Origin: Actinomycetota bacterium
Lineage (GTDB): Bacteria > Actinomycetota > Thermoleophilia > Gaiellales > Gaiellaceae
Direction of reading: 5' to 3'
Length of the DNA stretch: 64,000 nucleotides
Assembly: GCA_005885125.1 (NCBI GenBank)
Contig: VAXU01000026.1
Span: forward strand, 1,532-65,531
Part shown: piece by piece, positions 1-9,191 of the stretch
Numbering within the stretch: position 1 is the stretch's first letter
Layout of the letters: every line of letters starts with the position of its first letter
Notes under the pieces: generated by a model
The model's input: the letters and a program-made list of their open reading frames with translations, nothing else
Database searches by the model: none
What the model was told of the DNA's origin: nothing
Translations under genes and position numbers: made by a program

Positions 1-786
1 AATCCCGGCTCGGACATCACGTTCTTCGAGTATCCGGGCTCGCCCCGAGGGCGGGCCGGGGCGGGGATGGTCCACCTGATCACGTGGCGAGTCGAGTCGG
101 AGGATGCCCTCTCGTTTTGGGCCGAGCGGCTCGAGGCGGAAGGCATCGAGGCGTCGCGCGACGGCTCCCGGCTGCGGTTCGCCGACTCCGAGGGGCTCGT
201 TCTCGAGCTGGCTGTCGTCGTCACGGACGACGCGCCGCTGATCGCGGAGCATCCCGAGATTCCCGCTGAGCTTGCGCTGCAGGGATTCGACTCCGTGCGC
301 GCGTATGCGGAGGAGCCGGATCGGAGCCGCGGCTTCCTCGAGGAGACGCTTGGCTTCGAGCCACGGGGCGACAACGAATGGGAAGCGCGCGGCCCCAGCC
401 GTGGCTCGCTCTACGCGTACGACGCGCCGCCCGCGGAGCGGGGGCTGCATGGCGCGGGGACCGTCCATCACGTCGCCTGGTCGTCGACCGTCGAAGATCA
501 CGCAACCTGGCGAAAGCGCGTCGCGGACGTGGGCGCGCGCCCGACGCCGATCATCGACCGCTTCTGGTTCAAGTCGGTCTACTTCCGCGAGCCGAGCGGC
601 GTGCTCTTCGAGATCGCCACGCTCGGGCCCGGTTTCGCGACCGACGAGCCGCTCGAACGGCTCGGCGAGCGGTTGACGCTGCCGCCGGACTACGAGCGGC
701 TCCGTGACCAGCTCGAGCATGTGTTGACCCCGCTCCCGAATCCGCGGGAACACTTCGTCCGTGCGCGAACCCAAACGCGGGATTAG
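1..786 (+). CDS. Ring-cleaving dioxygenase / glyoxalase (VOC) family protein, 5'-truncated by window edge
   Basis: Frame 1 is open from base 1 (NPGSDITFFEYPGSPRGRAGAGM...), so the track M at 67 is internal. VOC-type motifs GTVHHVAW and FKSVYFREPSGVLFEIAT. Stop at 784-786. Confidence 0.8.
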   Translation, partial: NPGSDITFFEYPGSPRGRAGAGMVHLITWRVESEDALSFWAERLEAEGIEASRDGSRLRFADSEGLVLELAVVVTDDAPLIAEHPEIPAELALQGFDSVRAYAEEPDRSRGFLEETLGFEPRGDNEWEARGPSRGSLYAYDAPPAERGLHGAGTVHHVAWSSTVEDHATWRKRVADVGARPTPIIDRFWFKSVYFREPSGVLFEIATLGPGFATDEPLERLGERLTLPPDYERLRDQLEHVLTPLPNPREHFVRARTQTRD

Positions 787-930
787 ACGGTCATGCGGGC
801 GGAGCCCGCATGACCTTTACGCGGCACCGCAAGCGGCGCCGTTGGCGGATCCGCGCGCGGCCTGGTCTCGCAGCTGAGGCGACGCGGGGTCGTCATCGGT
901 TCCGGGCCGAACGGTCTTGTAGCTGCCGTC

Positions 931-2250
931 GTGCTCGCGCGGGCGGGATTGGACGTCGAGGTGTTCGAGGCGTCCGCAGCGATCGGCGGCGGGACGCGGA
1001 CCGAGGAGCTGACGTTGCGGGGCTTCCGGCATGACGCGTGCTCGGCGATCCATCCGCTTGCGCGCGTGTCGCCGGCGTTCCGGGACATCGGGCTCGAGCT
1101 CGACTGGATCGAGTCGCCGGCGGCGTGCGCGCATCCGTTCGACGACGGGACGGCGGTCACGCTCGAGCGCGAGGTCGACGCCACTGCCGCGCAGCTCGGA
1201 GCCGACGCGTGTGCATACCGAGCGCTGCTGGAGCCGGTCGTGCGCGGAGCGCGGCAATTCGAAGGGCGTCGTTTCCCGCGCGGCGCGCTTCCGCGTGTGC
1301 TCACGTCGCTGCGATCTGCTCGAGCAGTCGCGGAATCGGCGTTCGTGTGCGAGCCCGCGCGCGGCTTCTTCGCAGGGCACGCCGCGCACTCCGTCCTTCC
1401 GCTCGAGCGTCGTCCTTCAGCCGGCTTCGGACTGGTGCTCGGGGCGCTCGGTCATGCGGTCGGCTGGCCGTTCCCGCGCGGCGGCTCGCAGGCGATCGCC
1501 GACGCATTAGCAGCCCGTCTCGGCGAGCTCGGCGGCGTCGTTCACGCCTCGTCGCCGGTCGACGAGCTTCCGCGCGCGGATGTCGTTCTCGCCGACGTGA
1601 TGCCTCGCGAGCTCCTGCGACTCGGCCGGTTCCCGGCGCGCTACGCTTCTGCACTGCGGGGCTACCGACACGGCCCCGGTGCCTTCAAGCTCGACTGGGC
1701 GCTCGACGAGCCGATCCCGTGGACCGCGGAGGTGTGCAGGCGCGCTGCGACGGTGCATCTCGGCGCGACGTTCGACGAGATCGCCGCATCGGAACGCGCG
1801 AATCGATCGTCGCGCCCGTTCGTCCTGCTCGCCCAGCCCAGCCTGTTCGACACGTCACGCGCACCGGCGGGGAAGCACACGGCATGGGCGTACTGCCACG
1901 TGCCGAACGGATCAGCGGACGACCGGGCCGACGCGATCGAAGCGCAGGTCGAGCGCTTTGCGCCTGGGTTTCGCGGAGTGATCGCGGCCCGCAGCGCGCG
2001 CGGCCCCGCCGAGCTGGAGCGCGACAACCGTAACTACGTCGGCGGCGACATCGGGGGCGGGATGATGGATCTCCGGCAGCTGCTCTTCCGTCCGGTGCGT
2101 CGCGCGGTGCCGTATCGAACGCCGCTGCCCGGCGTGTACCTGTGCTCGTCGGCGACGCCGCCGGGCGGCGGCGTGCACGGCCTGTGCGGCTGGCTGGCGG
2201 CCAAGGTGGCGCTGCGCGACGTCGCCAAGGGTCAGACCCTCCGGGTCTGA
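931..2250 (+). CDS. NAD(P)/FAD-dependent oxidoreductase (phytoene desaturase/CrtI-like family)
   Basis: 439-aa ORF with coding-like composition. The dinucleotide-binding motif VVIGSGPNGLVAAVVLARAG is encoded at 889-948, mostly upstream of the first canonical start (GTG 931) in the same open frame (open from 814), so the true 5' end is unresolved. Confidence 0.75.
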   Translation: MLARAGLDVEVFEASAAIGGGTRTEELTLRGFRHDACSAIHPLARVSPAFRDIGLELDWIESPAACAHPFDDGTAVTLEREVDATAAQLGADACAYRALLEPVVRGARQFEGRRFPRGALPRVLTSLRSARAVAESAFVCEPARGFFAGHAAHSVLPLERRPSAGFGLVLGALGHAVGWPFPRGGSQAIADALAARLGELGGVVHASSPVDELPRADVVLADVMPRELLRLGRFPARYASALRGYRHGPGAFKLDWALDEPIPWTAEVCRRAATVHLGATFDEIAASERANRSSRPFVLLAQPSLFDTSRAPAGKHTAWAYCHVPNGSADDRADAIEAQVERFAPGFRGVIAARSARGPAELERDNRNYVGGDIGGGMMDLRQLLFRPVRRAVPYRTPLPGVYLCSSATPPGGGVHGLCGWLAAKVALRDVAKGQTLRV

Positions 2251-2253
2251 CCC
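2229..2253. terminator. GC-rich hairpin GGGTCAGACCC-TCC-GGGTCTGACCC (repeat family 1) between convergent genes
   Basis: Perfect 11-bp inverted repeat followed by GCTTT. Contains the TGA of the + gene (2248-2250) and the TGA of the - gene (2232-2234). Confidence 0.6.
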
Positions 2254-2885
2254 GCTTTCAGCTGCTGCGCAATCCACTCTGGCAACTCGCGTGCGAATCT
2301 CGGATCGATGGTGTGCGGCAACGGGTACTCGCGGTAGAGCACGTCGGCACCCGCCTCCTCGAGCAATGCCCTTGCCGCTCGGCCGAACTCGACCGGGATC
2401 ACCGGATCGAGCGTCCCGTGCCCGATCGCGACCGGCGGGAGCGGCGGCGCGAGATCCAGGTCGAATCCGTCCACCGTCGGCACGAAGCTGCTGAGCGCGA
2501 CCAGCGCCGCCGGTCGCGGCCGCCCGGCGCCGAGACCGAGCGCGTACGTCATCACCCCGCCCTGCGAGAAGCCGCCGAGCACGAGCCGCTCCGGCGGAAC
2601 GTCGTTGTTTCCAAGGAAGTCGTCCAACCACCGGGCCGCGACGGGGTAGACGCGGTCGAACGTCGCCGGATCGGGGTGGCCAACCTCGCGGAAGGCGTAC
2701 CAATGCCAGCCGCCGGGCGGCAATCCCAGCGGCGCGCGCGGGGTTGCGGCGACGAGCCGGCGTTCCGGATCGAACACGTCGAGAAGCGGAAAGAGATCGA
2801 ACTCGTCCGCTCCTCGCCCGTGGAGGAGCACGAGCGCTCCTTCGGGCTCACCGTCCGCGGGCCGAACGCGTGACTCGAGGCTCAC
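2232..2885 (-). CDS. Alpha/beta hydrolase, phospholipase/carboxylesterase family
   Basis: 217-aa ORF. Nucleophile elbow GFSQGG, LLHGRGADE near the N-terminus, and a conserved GxxD..V motif near the C-terminus. Confidence 0.85.
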   Translation of the reverse strand: MSLESRVRPADGEPEGALVLLHGRGADEFDLFPLLDVFDPERRLVAATPRAPLGLPPGGWHWYAFREVGHPDPATFDRVYPVAARWLDDFLGNNDVPPERLVLGGFSQGGVMTYALGLGAGRPRPAALVALSSFVPTVDGFDLDLAPPLPPVAIGHGTLDPVIPVEFGRAARALLEEAGADVLYREYPLPHTIDPRFARELPEWIAQQLKAGQTRRV

Positions 2886-3826
2886 AGCCGCAACGGCTCG
2901 TACTTCGCCCGGATCTCGTCGACGAACGTGACCATCTGCTCCGCGAGCGCGGCGTCCTCCACCTCCACGACGTTCTCCGCATTCTGCTCGCCGGAGTGGG
3001 AGAGATTGAAGCTGCCTGCGAACACGGTGTCATCGCAGACGGTCACCTTGGCGTGCATGTAGTCGTGCACCGCTCCCGGCGCGTACGGTGTCGAACGCTT
3101 GCCTGTGAAGCTCGCGCGGTCGAGGACGAACCGAAGCGACGGCGTCTTCCACGTCGCATTGCCGTTTGCCTTCCACTGGCCGAGCACTTCGGCGATCTGC
3201 GTCGCATCGACGACGCCTGCGAGGTCGACCTTCCCGTCCGCCGCGACCTCCGCCAGCGTCCCGAGGATCGGGCCGGACGTGATCACCGGCGACGCGATGC
3301 GCACGCGCCGCTCAGCCGTCGCGATTCCGCGCGCGATCTGGTGCGCGAGCTTCTCGCCGCGCTTCGGCGAGAACCACGTGCGAACGGGTTTCCCGTCGAC
3401 GTCCACCGGCGACGAGTCGACCTTGCCGCTGCGATCGACCTCACGCGTCTTCCACAGCTGTTCGAAGTCCTCGCCGAAGCGAGCGGCGACCGGGGCCGAC
3501 TCGAGGATCGCGATCACGTTCTCCTCGCGCGTCCAGGAGTCGTCGGTCCAGTTCGTCGAGCCCGTCCAGACCGCAGCGTGGTCGCGGACGACGTACTTGT
3601 GGTGCATCAGGTCGGGCCACCCGGGGATGCCCGCAGTCTCGAACGGCAACGACTCGATCAGCTCCGGTTCGGTCTTCGGCGGTGGAGGCACCGGAAAGCG
3701 GTCGGGGCGGTCGACGTTGTAGAGGAGCCGGATCTTCACGCCGCGTTCATTCGCGCCGAGGAGCGCGGCGCGGACGACCGCGGCCGTGTCGTCGTCCAGG
3801 CGAACGTCGTAGAGCGCAAGCTCCAT
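2882..3826 (-). CDS. Phospholipase D-like protein with two HKD motifs
   Basis: HHKYVVRD...GSTNWT and HAKVTVCDD...GSFNLS motifs. ATGA overlap with the downstream esterase gene. The reading frame stays open and coding-like upstream to 4030 without a canonical start. Confidence 0.8.
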   Translation of the reverse strand: MELALYDVRLDDDTAAVVRAALLGANERGVKIRLLYNVDRPDRFPVPPPPKTEPELIESLPFETAGIPGWPDLMHHKYVVRDHAAVWTGSTNWTDDSWTREENVIAILESAPVAARFGEDFEQLWKTREVDRSGKVDSSPVDVDGKPVRTWFSPKRGEKLAHQIARGIATAERRVRIASPVITSGPILGTLAEVAADGKVDLAGVVDATQIAEVLGQWKANGNATWKTPSLRFVLDRASFTGKRSTPYAPGAVHDYMHAKVTVCDDTVFAGSFNLSHSGEQNAENVVEVEDAALAEQMVTFVDEIRAKYEPLRL

Positions 3827-4069
3827 CGTTCGCTCCGCGCGCTCGAGGAATGCGGCGAGCTTGCGCGCGACGTCGAGCGCAGCCTGCCCGCCGTCCGTGA
3901 GCGTGTGGAACTCGATCAGGGCAGTCGGACGAAAATGGGAGTGGAGGTGAGCACGAAGGCCGTAGGTTACGTCCGGGTCAGCCGAGTTGGAGGCGGGAGG
4001 GCGACAGCTTCCTGTCGGAGGTGGTCGATCTCAGGTCGCAGACGGCGACAATCGAAGAAGAGATCAGCG

Positions 4070-4483
4070 ATGCAGATCACGAGGAACGGGATCGACACCG
4101 CAGCGGGGCCGAGTGACTGGTTCAGCGGCGCGGTCTACGTCGACACCGTCGCGACGCCGTCAGGCGCTTCGCGCCTGAGTGCGAGCAGCGTCCACTTCAC
4201 CCCCGGCGCACGCACCGCGTGGCATACGCACCCGAGCGGCCAGACGATCTACGTTCTCGAGGGCGTCGGCCTCGCGCAGCGGCGGGGCGGTCCGGTCGAG
4301 GTGATCCGATCCGGCGACCGTGTGTTCTTCGAGCCGGGCGAGGAACATTGGCACGGCGGTGCGGCGACGCGGTTCATGACGCACCTCGCGATGCTCCAGG
4401 TCGACGATGAAGGGAACAGCGCGACGTGGGGAGCCCACGTCACGGACGAGGAGTACGGGGCGGCGCCGGCCATCGACAACTGA
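4070..4483 (+). CDS. Cupin domain protein
   Basis: 137-aa 3' part of track ORF 2744..4483, starting at ATG 4070. Cupin motifs HTHPSGQTIYVLEG and GEEHWHG. The upstream part of the track ORF is an Arg-rich antisense shadow. Confidence 0.8.
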   Translation: MQITRNGIDTAAGPSDWFSGAVYVDTVATPSGASRLSASSVHFTPGARTAWHTHPSGQTIYVLEGVGLAQRRGGPVEVIRSGDRVFFEPGEEHWHGGAATRFMTHLAMLQVDDEGNSATWGAHVTDEEYGAAPAIDN

Positions 4484-4499
4484 GGCTGCGCGATCACAG

Positions 4500-5720
4500 T
4501 TATGGCTGAGTCAGGAACAGCCGCTTCTCAGTGCCGAGGTGCGGCGCCCACACGAGCCTGTCGGCGCCCGCGAAGCCGAGATACGCGCGCAGTGCGTCGC
4601 GCATCGCGTCGACGAACCCCTCAGCGCGGCGTGGCGCGAACCCATCCTCCCACCAGGCACCGAGCACGTGCACGCGAGCCTCGTCCCGGTCGATCCGCGG
4701 CTCGATCCGGCCGACGAAGCGGTCCCTGAAGACGATCGGCAGTACGTACCAGCCCCAACGGCGCTGGGCCGGTGGGAAGAAGAGCTCCCAGACGTACTCG
4801 AACTCGAAGAGGCTCCCGAGGAGGCCGCGATCCCAGACGATCGGGTCGAACGGGGGAACGAACGCGACGGAAGCGGGCGGGTTCGGCGGCGCTGCCAGCA
4901 GTTCGGCGTCCTCGCTGACGACGAAGCGTTTCCCGCGGACGCCCTCCACCTCGACGGAAACGAGGTCTCCGCGTTCGACGAGCTCCTCGCGTAGAGCGCT
5001 CCGGCCTGGGTACCCCGGCCACCGCTCGTCCGGCTTCGCGGGCCCGAGACCGCCGAAGATATCCCCGCCACCGGCGACACCGAGCAGGCCGTGCGCGCGG
5101 TACCGCGACAGGAGCTTGTACCGGAGCTGTTCTTCCAGCGGGAGTTTGCGGGCCAGCACTTCGGGCGGTAGCAGCCGTTCGAGCAGGTCGTAGTACCTGC
5201 GGTTCGCGTCGCGCCGGGCGAGGCCGAGCACGCCCGTGACGGCATACGCCTCGAGCACGGCCCGAACGACGTTTGTCGCCATCCCGAACCAGTCGGTCGT
5301 TGTCCCGCGCTCGCGCTCGAAGTCGAGAGATGACAGCGGGCCCTCGGCGCGAATCCGCTCGAGCACGCGCTCTGCCACGTCGGGGTTCTCGGCAATGGTT
5401 CGCGGCGCGTTACGGCTCAGGTTCCCGCGGAACCACGCGAACTCGCTCGTGGGTACGAAGGAGAGGCCTTTGTTGTACGCCTCGAAGATCTCGCGGCGTT
5501 CGTAGAGCCGGTCGCACCAGGCGGGGTCGTAGCCGGCGACGCGCGCATGCAGCACGAGGTCGTGGTTCCGGCCGGCGACGGCGAGCGGGTCGAACTGGAC
5601 GGAACCGAGTCGGCGGAACACTTCGAGCACGCCGTCGGGACCGCCCTTCAGCGAGCGCGCCGGCGCAAGCATGTGTCGTGTGACGAGGAAGCGCCGTGCC
5701 GCCTCGGCGCTGACCGTCAT
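4500..5720 (-). CDS. Winged-helix DNA glycosylase, YcaQ/AlkZ-like family
   Basis: FLVTRHML...LGSVQFDPLAVAGRNHDLVLHARV...EAYNKGLSFVP resembles YcaQ/AlkZ. ATG at 5720 chosen; alternatives are 5753 and 5765. The track start 5966 gives an implausible leader. Confidence 0.7.
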   Translation of the reverse strand: MTVSAEAARRFLVTRHMLAPARSLKGGPDGVLEVFRRLGSVQFDPLAVAGRNHDLVLHARVAGYDPAWCDRLYERREIFEAYNKGLSFVPTSEFAWFRGNLSRNAPRTIAENPDVAERVLERIRAEGPLSSLDFERERGTTTDWFGMATNVVRAVLEAYAVTGVLGLARRDANRRYYDLLERLLPPEVLARKLPLEEQLRYKLLSRYRAHGLLGVAGGGDIFGGLGPAKPDERWPGYPGRSALREELVERGDLVSVEVEGVRGKRFVVSEDAELLAAPPNPPASVAFVPPFDPIVWDRGLLGSLFEFEYVWELFFPPAQRRWGWYVLPIVFRDRFVGRIEPRIDRDEARVHVLGAWWEDGFAPRRAEGFVDAMRDALRAYLGFAGADRLVWAPHLGTEKRLFLTQP

Positions 5721-5802
5721 GGCCTCCCGCTTCCGCGATCGCCGGTCGGCCATTCGGCGTAGCATCGCACGGCGCTGTACCGCGACCAAGGGGGAGAGTG
5801 CT

Positions 5803-8013
5803 ATGAAGACCTTGCGAAGGCTGTCGTGTCTCGCGGGGATGTTGCTGCTGCCGTCGCTGTTTGCTCCGCTCGGCGCTGACGCCCGGCCGTTGCCTGCGGG
5901 ATCCCTTGCACCATTGTCGTCGTTGTTGATGCCGTTGCCGAGCGTCGTCGGAGCGCACCTGATCATGTCCCGACTCAGCTCGGCCCCGCAGCACGCGCGC
6001 GCGGGTCACGTCTATGTGCTCCACGGGAGCGTCGTGAACGACGGGAGCGCTGCCGCGCGTGGCCCTGTCGTCGTTCATCTGCTCCGCGTCGGCACGCGAC
6101 CGCTCGCAATCGGACGAACGGTGGTCGGTCTCGCGGCCCACGACTCGACCGATGTCGGAGTGCGCATCCGGCTGCCTCGCGGGCTGCACAACGGCTCGTA
6201 CACACTCGTCGCTTGTGTCCAGCGTGCAGGACGAAGCGGGAAGCTCGGGTGCGTGACCGCCGAGCGTCATCTTCAGATCGGACCGAGGTCGCGCACTCGC
6301 GCGGCTCGCGTGTCCGCGGCGGCGCCGAGTGCTGCGTGCTCGTCCGGCGCCCATTCCCTGTCGCCGTTCGGTGCGCACGTCTATCCGGAGACCGGCAACG
6401 GCGGCTACACGAGTCTCCACACCGACGTGTACCTGAACTACGACACGGCGTCGAACCTCTTCCTGCCCGGGACCCACGTCGTTCTGAGCAACCAGGCGAC
6501 GCAATGTCTGACCGACTTCAGTCTCGACTTCGAACGGACGTCGCCCAACACCAAGGACGGCCCCGATCTCACGGTCGGATCGGTGCTCGTCAACGGTCAG
6601 CCTGCGAGCTTCACGTTCGTGCAGCCGACGTATCCCGGCGATCCCAACGGCCAGAACGATCCCGACCCTCGCGCTCACGAGGCCGGCCAGCTCAATCCGG
6701 TCGGAGGGCCCGACAACAATCCGCTTCCGCCCGCGTGTTCGCCCGAGCTGTTGTCGACGAACCCGAACAAGCAGTTCGACCTGGACGGGACACAGTGCCC
6801 GGCGAACAAGCTCGTCATCACGCCCTCGAGCGCGATCCCGAGCGGCGCGAGCTTCGTCGTCGAGGTCGACTACACGGGTCGGCCCGGAGTCCACAACGAC
6901 GGCGACGGCACGACGGAGGGCTGGTTCAGGATCTCCCAGCAAAACGACGCCGGCGGTTTCGTGACCACCGAGCCCGTGGCGACCGAGGACTGGATGCCGT
7001 TGAACAACCATCCAAGCTCGAAGCCGACCTACGACTTCTACGACACGGTTCCGCTCGGCAAGACGGCGATCGGGAACGGAGAACTCGTCTCGCAGCTGGC
7101 GAACCTTCCCGATGCGAACTTCCCGGGCGGCTCGACGACCTGGCACTGGCACTCGCCGGAGGGCATCGCGTCGTACCTCGTCGAGAACAGCATCGGCTCC
7201 TACGACCTGAGCGTGCGTCTCTCGTCGAGCGGGATCCAGTACTACGAGGCGCAGGATCTCGCGATTCCGAAGCCCAAGGCCGCAGCGAACAAAGCGATCA
7301 TGGACATGCAGGAAGACATCCTGAACTTCCAGAGCGCCTTCAACGGCACCTACCCGTTCACGACGGACGGCGTCGTCATCGGGGTCCCTGCGGCCAGCTT
7401 CGAAGAGGAGATGCAGACGAAGATCACGTTCGCGAACGGGAAGATCGACCTGCAGACGCTGCACCACGAGAACATGCACCAGTGGTGGGGCGACAACGTC
7501 TCGGAAGCGAATTACAACCTCACCTTCTTCAAAGAAGGCCTCGCGACGCTCGGCGAATACTTCTTCATCGCAGCGAACGCGCAGGCTGCAGCGGGAGGGT
7601 CTGCCGCGGCGTTCGAGCAGAGTCTCGTCAACACGTTCAACACCGTGTACGCGGGCTCTGATCTCTTGTGGACGGGCGCGCCTTCCGACCCGCGTCCGTA
7701 CACGCTGTTCTCGGGCTCGAAGACCTACAGGCGGCCGGGCATCGCGTACATCGCGCTGCGCCTCATCCTCGGCCCCGCGAACTTCAACGCTGCGTTCCAG
7801 CAGATACAGAGCACGTACCGGCAGTGGAGCGTCAGCGAGGCGCAGCTCGAATCCGCGTTCGAGTCGTTCCTCCCGGTGCCGTCCGCGTCGTGCAGGGCGC
7901 GGCTGGGCCAGTTCTTCACCGAGTGGTGGGACACCGTCTATCCGCCGGGCGGTGGGGCGAACCGACCGCAGATCACCGGGCCCGGGCTCGACGGCGGCGG
8001 CTTCCACTGCTGA
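5803..8013 (+). CDS. Secreted M1-family zinc metallopeptidase
   Basis: ATG 5803 preceded by AAGGGGGAGAG. Signal-like N-terminus MKTLRRLSCLAGMLLLPSLFAPLGADA. HExxH in HENMHQWWGD, followed by FKEGLATLGE. Confidence 0.85.
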   Translation: MKTLRRLSCLAGMLLLPSLFAPLGADARPLPAGSLAPLSSLLMPLPSVVGAHLIMSRLSSAPQHARAGHVYVLHGSVVNDGSAAARGPVVVHLLRVGTRPLAIGRTVVGLAAHDSTDVGVRIRLPRGLHNGSYTLVACVQRAGRSGKLGCVTAERHLQIGPRSRTRAARVSAAAPSAACSSGAHSLSPFGAHVYPETGNGGYTSLHTDVYLNYDTASNLFLPGTHVVLSNQATQCLTDFSLDFERTSPNTKDGPDLTVGSVLVNGQPASFTFVQPTYPGDPNGQNDPDPRAHEAGQLNPVGGPDNNPLPPACSPELLSTNPNKQFDLDGTQCPANKLVITPSSAIPSGASFVVEVDYTGRPGVHNDGDGTTEGWFRISQQNDAGGFVTTEPVATEDWMPLNNHPSSKPTYDFYDTVPLGKTAIGNGELVSQLANLPDANFPGGSTTWHWHSPEGIASYLVENSIGSYDLSVRLSSSGIQYYEAQDLAIPKPKAAANKAIMDMQEDILNFQSAFNGTYPFTTDGVVIGVPAASFEEEMQTKITFANGKIDLQTLHHENMHQWWGDNVSEANYNLTFFKEGLATLGEYFFIAANAQAAAGGSAAAFEQSLVNTFNTVYAGSDLLWTGAPSDPRPYTLFSGSKTYRRPGIAYIALRLILGPANFNAAFQQIQSTYRQWSVSEAQLESAFESFLPVPSASCRARLGQFFTEWWDTVYPPGGGANRPQITGPGLDGGGFHC

Positions 8014-8045
8014 TCGCCAAGGGGGGCCGCCCGGAGTGGTTCACC

Positions 8046-8075
8046 GCGGGGAGGACGCGGCAGCGTCCTCCCCGC
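8046..8075. terminator. Hairpin GCGGGGAGGACGC-GGCA-GCGTCCTCCCCGC between convergent genes
   Basis: Perfect 13-bp stem read directly from the sequence. Lies between the stop at 8013 (+) and the stop at 8091 (-). No U-tract. Confidence 0.55.
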
Positions 8076-8090
8076 CAGTACGTGAGTCGT

Positions 8091-8666
8091 TCAGCCCGAC
8101 TGTCGCTGCGCCCGAAGGCTCGCCTTGTGCGCCCGCTTCTTCGCCTGATAGTCGGCGAGCGCTTCAGCGGAGTCGACGTCGCCGAGCGTCGGATGGTTCG
8201 GGACGAGCTCCTGCGCCGCCTCGACGCCAAAACGCTTCGCGAGCACGGAGCCGAGCGCGATCACCTTCATCTTCCCGAAGCCGGGGAGCGACTCGATTCG
8301 GCGGCGCAGGTCGGCGCCGTCCGCGGCGTCCTGCCACACGCGCGCTGCATCCCCACCGTAGTCCTCCACGACGACCGCGGCCAGGTCCTGAACACGCTGC
8401 GCCATCGTCCCCGGGAACCGGTGGATGGCCGGCTTCTCGCGAAACGCCGCTTCGAGCTTCCCGGGATCGGTCGACGCGATCGCGCCCGCGTCGAGCGTTC
8501 CGAGCCGCTGCTTCAGCTTCAGCGGTCCGGTGAACGCCGTCTGCACGGGAACTTGCTGATCGAGCGCGAATCCGATCAGCAGCGCGAACGGCTCGTGCGC
8601 GAGCAGCGCGTCGGCTTCGTCGTTCCCGGTGAAGTGGAGTGCGTCGGGTGTCGTCGTGGTGGCCAT
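8091..8666 (-). CDS. HhH-GPD-type base-excision DNA repair protein
   Basis: 191-aa ORF. LPGFGKMKVIALGSVL helix-hairpin-helix-like segment. The overall pattern matches small actinobacterial HhH-GPD proteins (from memory). Confidence 0.65.
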   Translation of the reverse strand: MATTTTPDALHFTGNDEADALLAHEPFALLIGFALDQQVPVQTAFTGPLKLKQRLGTLDAGAIASTDPGKLEAAFREKPAIHRFPGTMAQRVQDLAAVVVEDYGGDAARVWQDAADGADLRRRIESLPGFGKMKVIALGSVLAKRFGVEAAQELVPNHPTLGDVDSAEALADYQAKKRAHKASLRAQRQSG

Positions 8667-8682
8667 GCCACGATCCTACTCC

Positions 8683-9191
8683 TTAGTCCGAGGTGTACTC
8701 GAACGTGGTCGCGAACGCGCAGTTTCCCTGGAGCTCCCAGCTGAACGGATCGTCGTCGACGCCCAGCTCGTCGGCAAAGTACTCGTTGCCGCCACGCTCG
8801 TAGCCACGGAATTCCGCAAGCGACGCGATGACCGTCGTCGGCAAGCCGCGAGACGCGGATCCCCGCGACGTTGCCGACGCGGAGCGAACGGCCCTCCGCG
8901 TCGAGTTCGATCGCCGCGGGACGGACGGCGACGACGTGACGCGGTTTCCGCACCCACGGCAGCGCAGCTTCACGACGTGCGGGCCGCCGCGCTCGCCGAG
9001 CAAGATCTCCGCGAGCCCTCGCGCTGTTCGTCGCTGCCGCGCTCGTCCACGTACAGGACGATCGTCCACGGCAACCCGGGCTCGTCGTCGTCGCATGCGC
9101 CACACGACGAGTACGGCAGTTCCGCCGATGCTCCCATTTCAAATGGGACGACGCACGTGTCGGCGCAGGCGTCGCCTTTACAGCCACGCTA
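8683..9191 (-). pseudogene. Degenerate DUF1326-like gene remnant spread over three frames
   Basis: Coding-like pieces lie in different frames: CADTCVVPFEMGASAELPYSSCGACDDDEPGLPWTIVLYVDERGSDEQREG; LAEILLGERGGP; RHVVAVRPAAIELDAEGRSLRVGNV; FRGYERGGNEYFADELGVDDDPFSWELQG. Confidence 0.4.

Noticed and set aside
5410-8007. 865-aa minus-strand ORF. Similar long ORFs include 12111..14519(-), 18958..21339(-), 34886..37036(-), 2744..4069(+), 31239..32804(+), the upstream part of 21258..23672(-), and 47336..48907(-).
   Set aside because: All are Arg/Ala/Pro/Gly-rich with no motifs. Each lies antisense or out of frame to a gene with clear family signatures (M1 peptidase, lhr, ggt, and others). They are typical stop-poor shadow frames of a very GC-rich genome.
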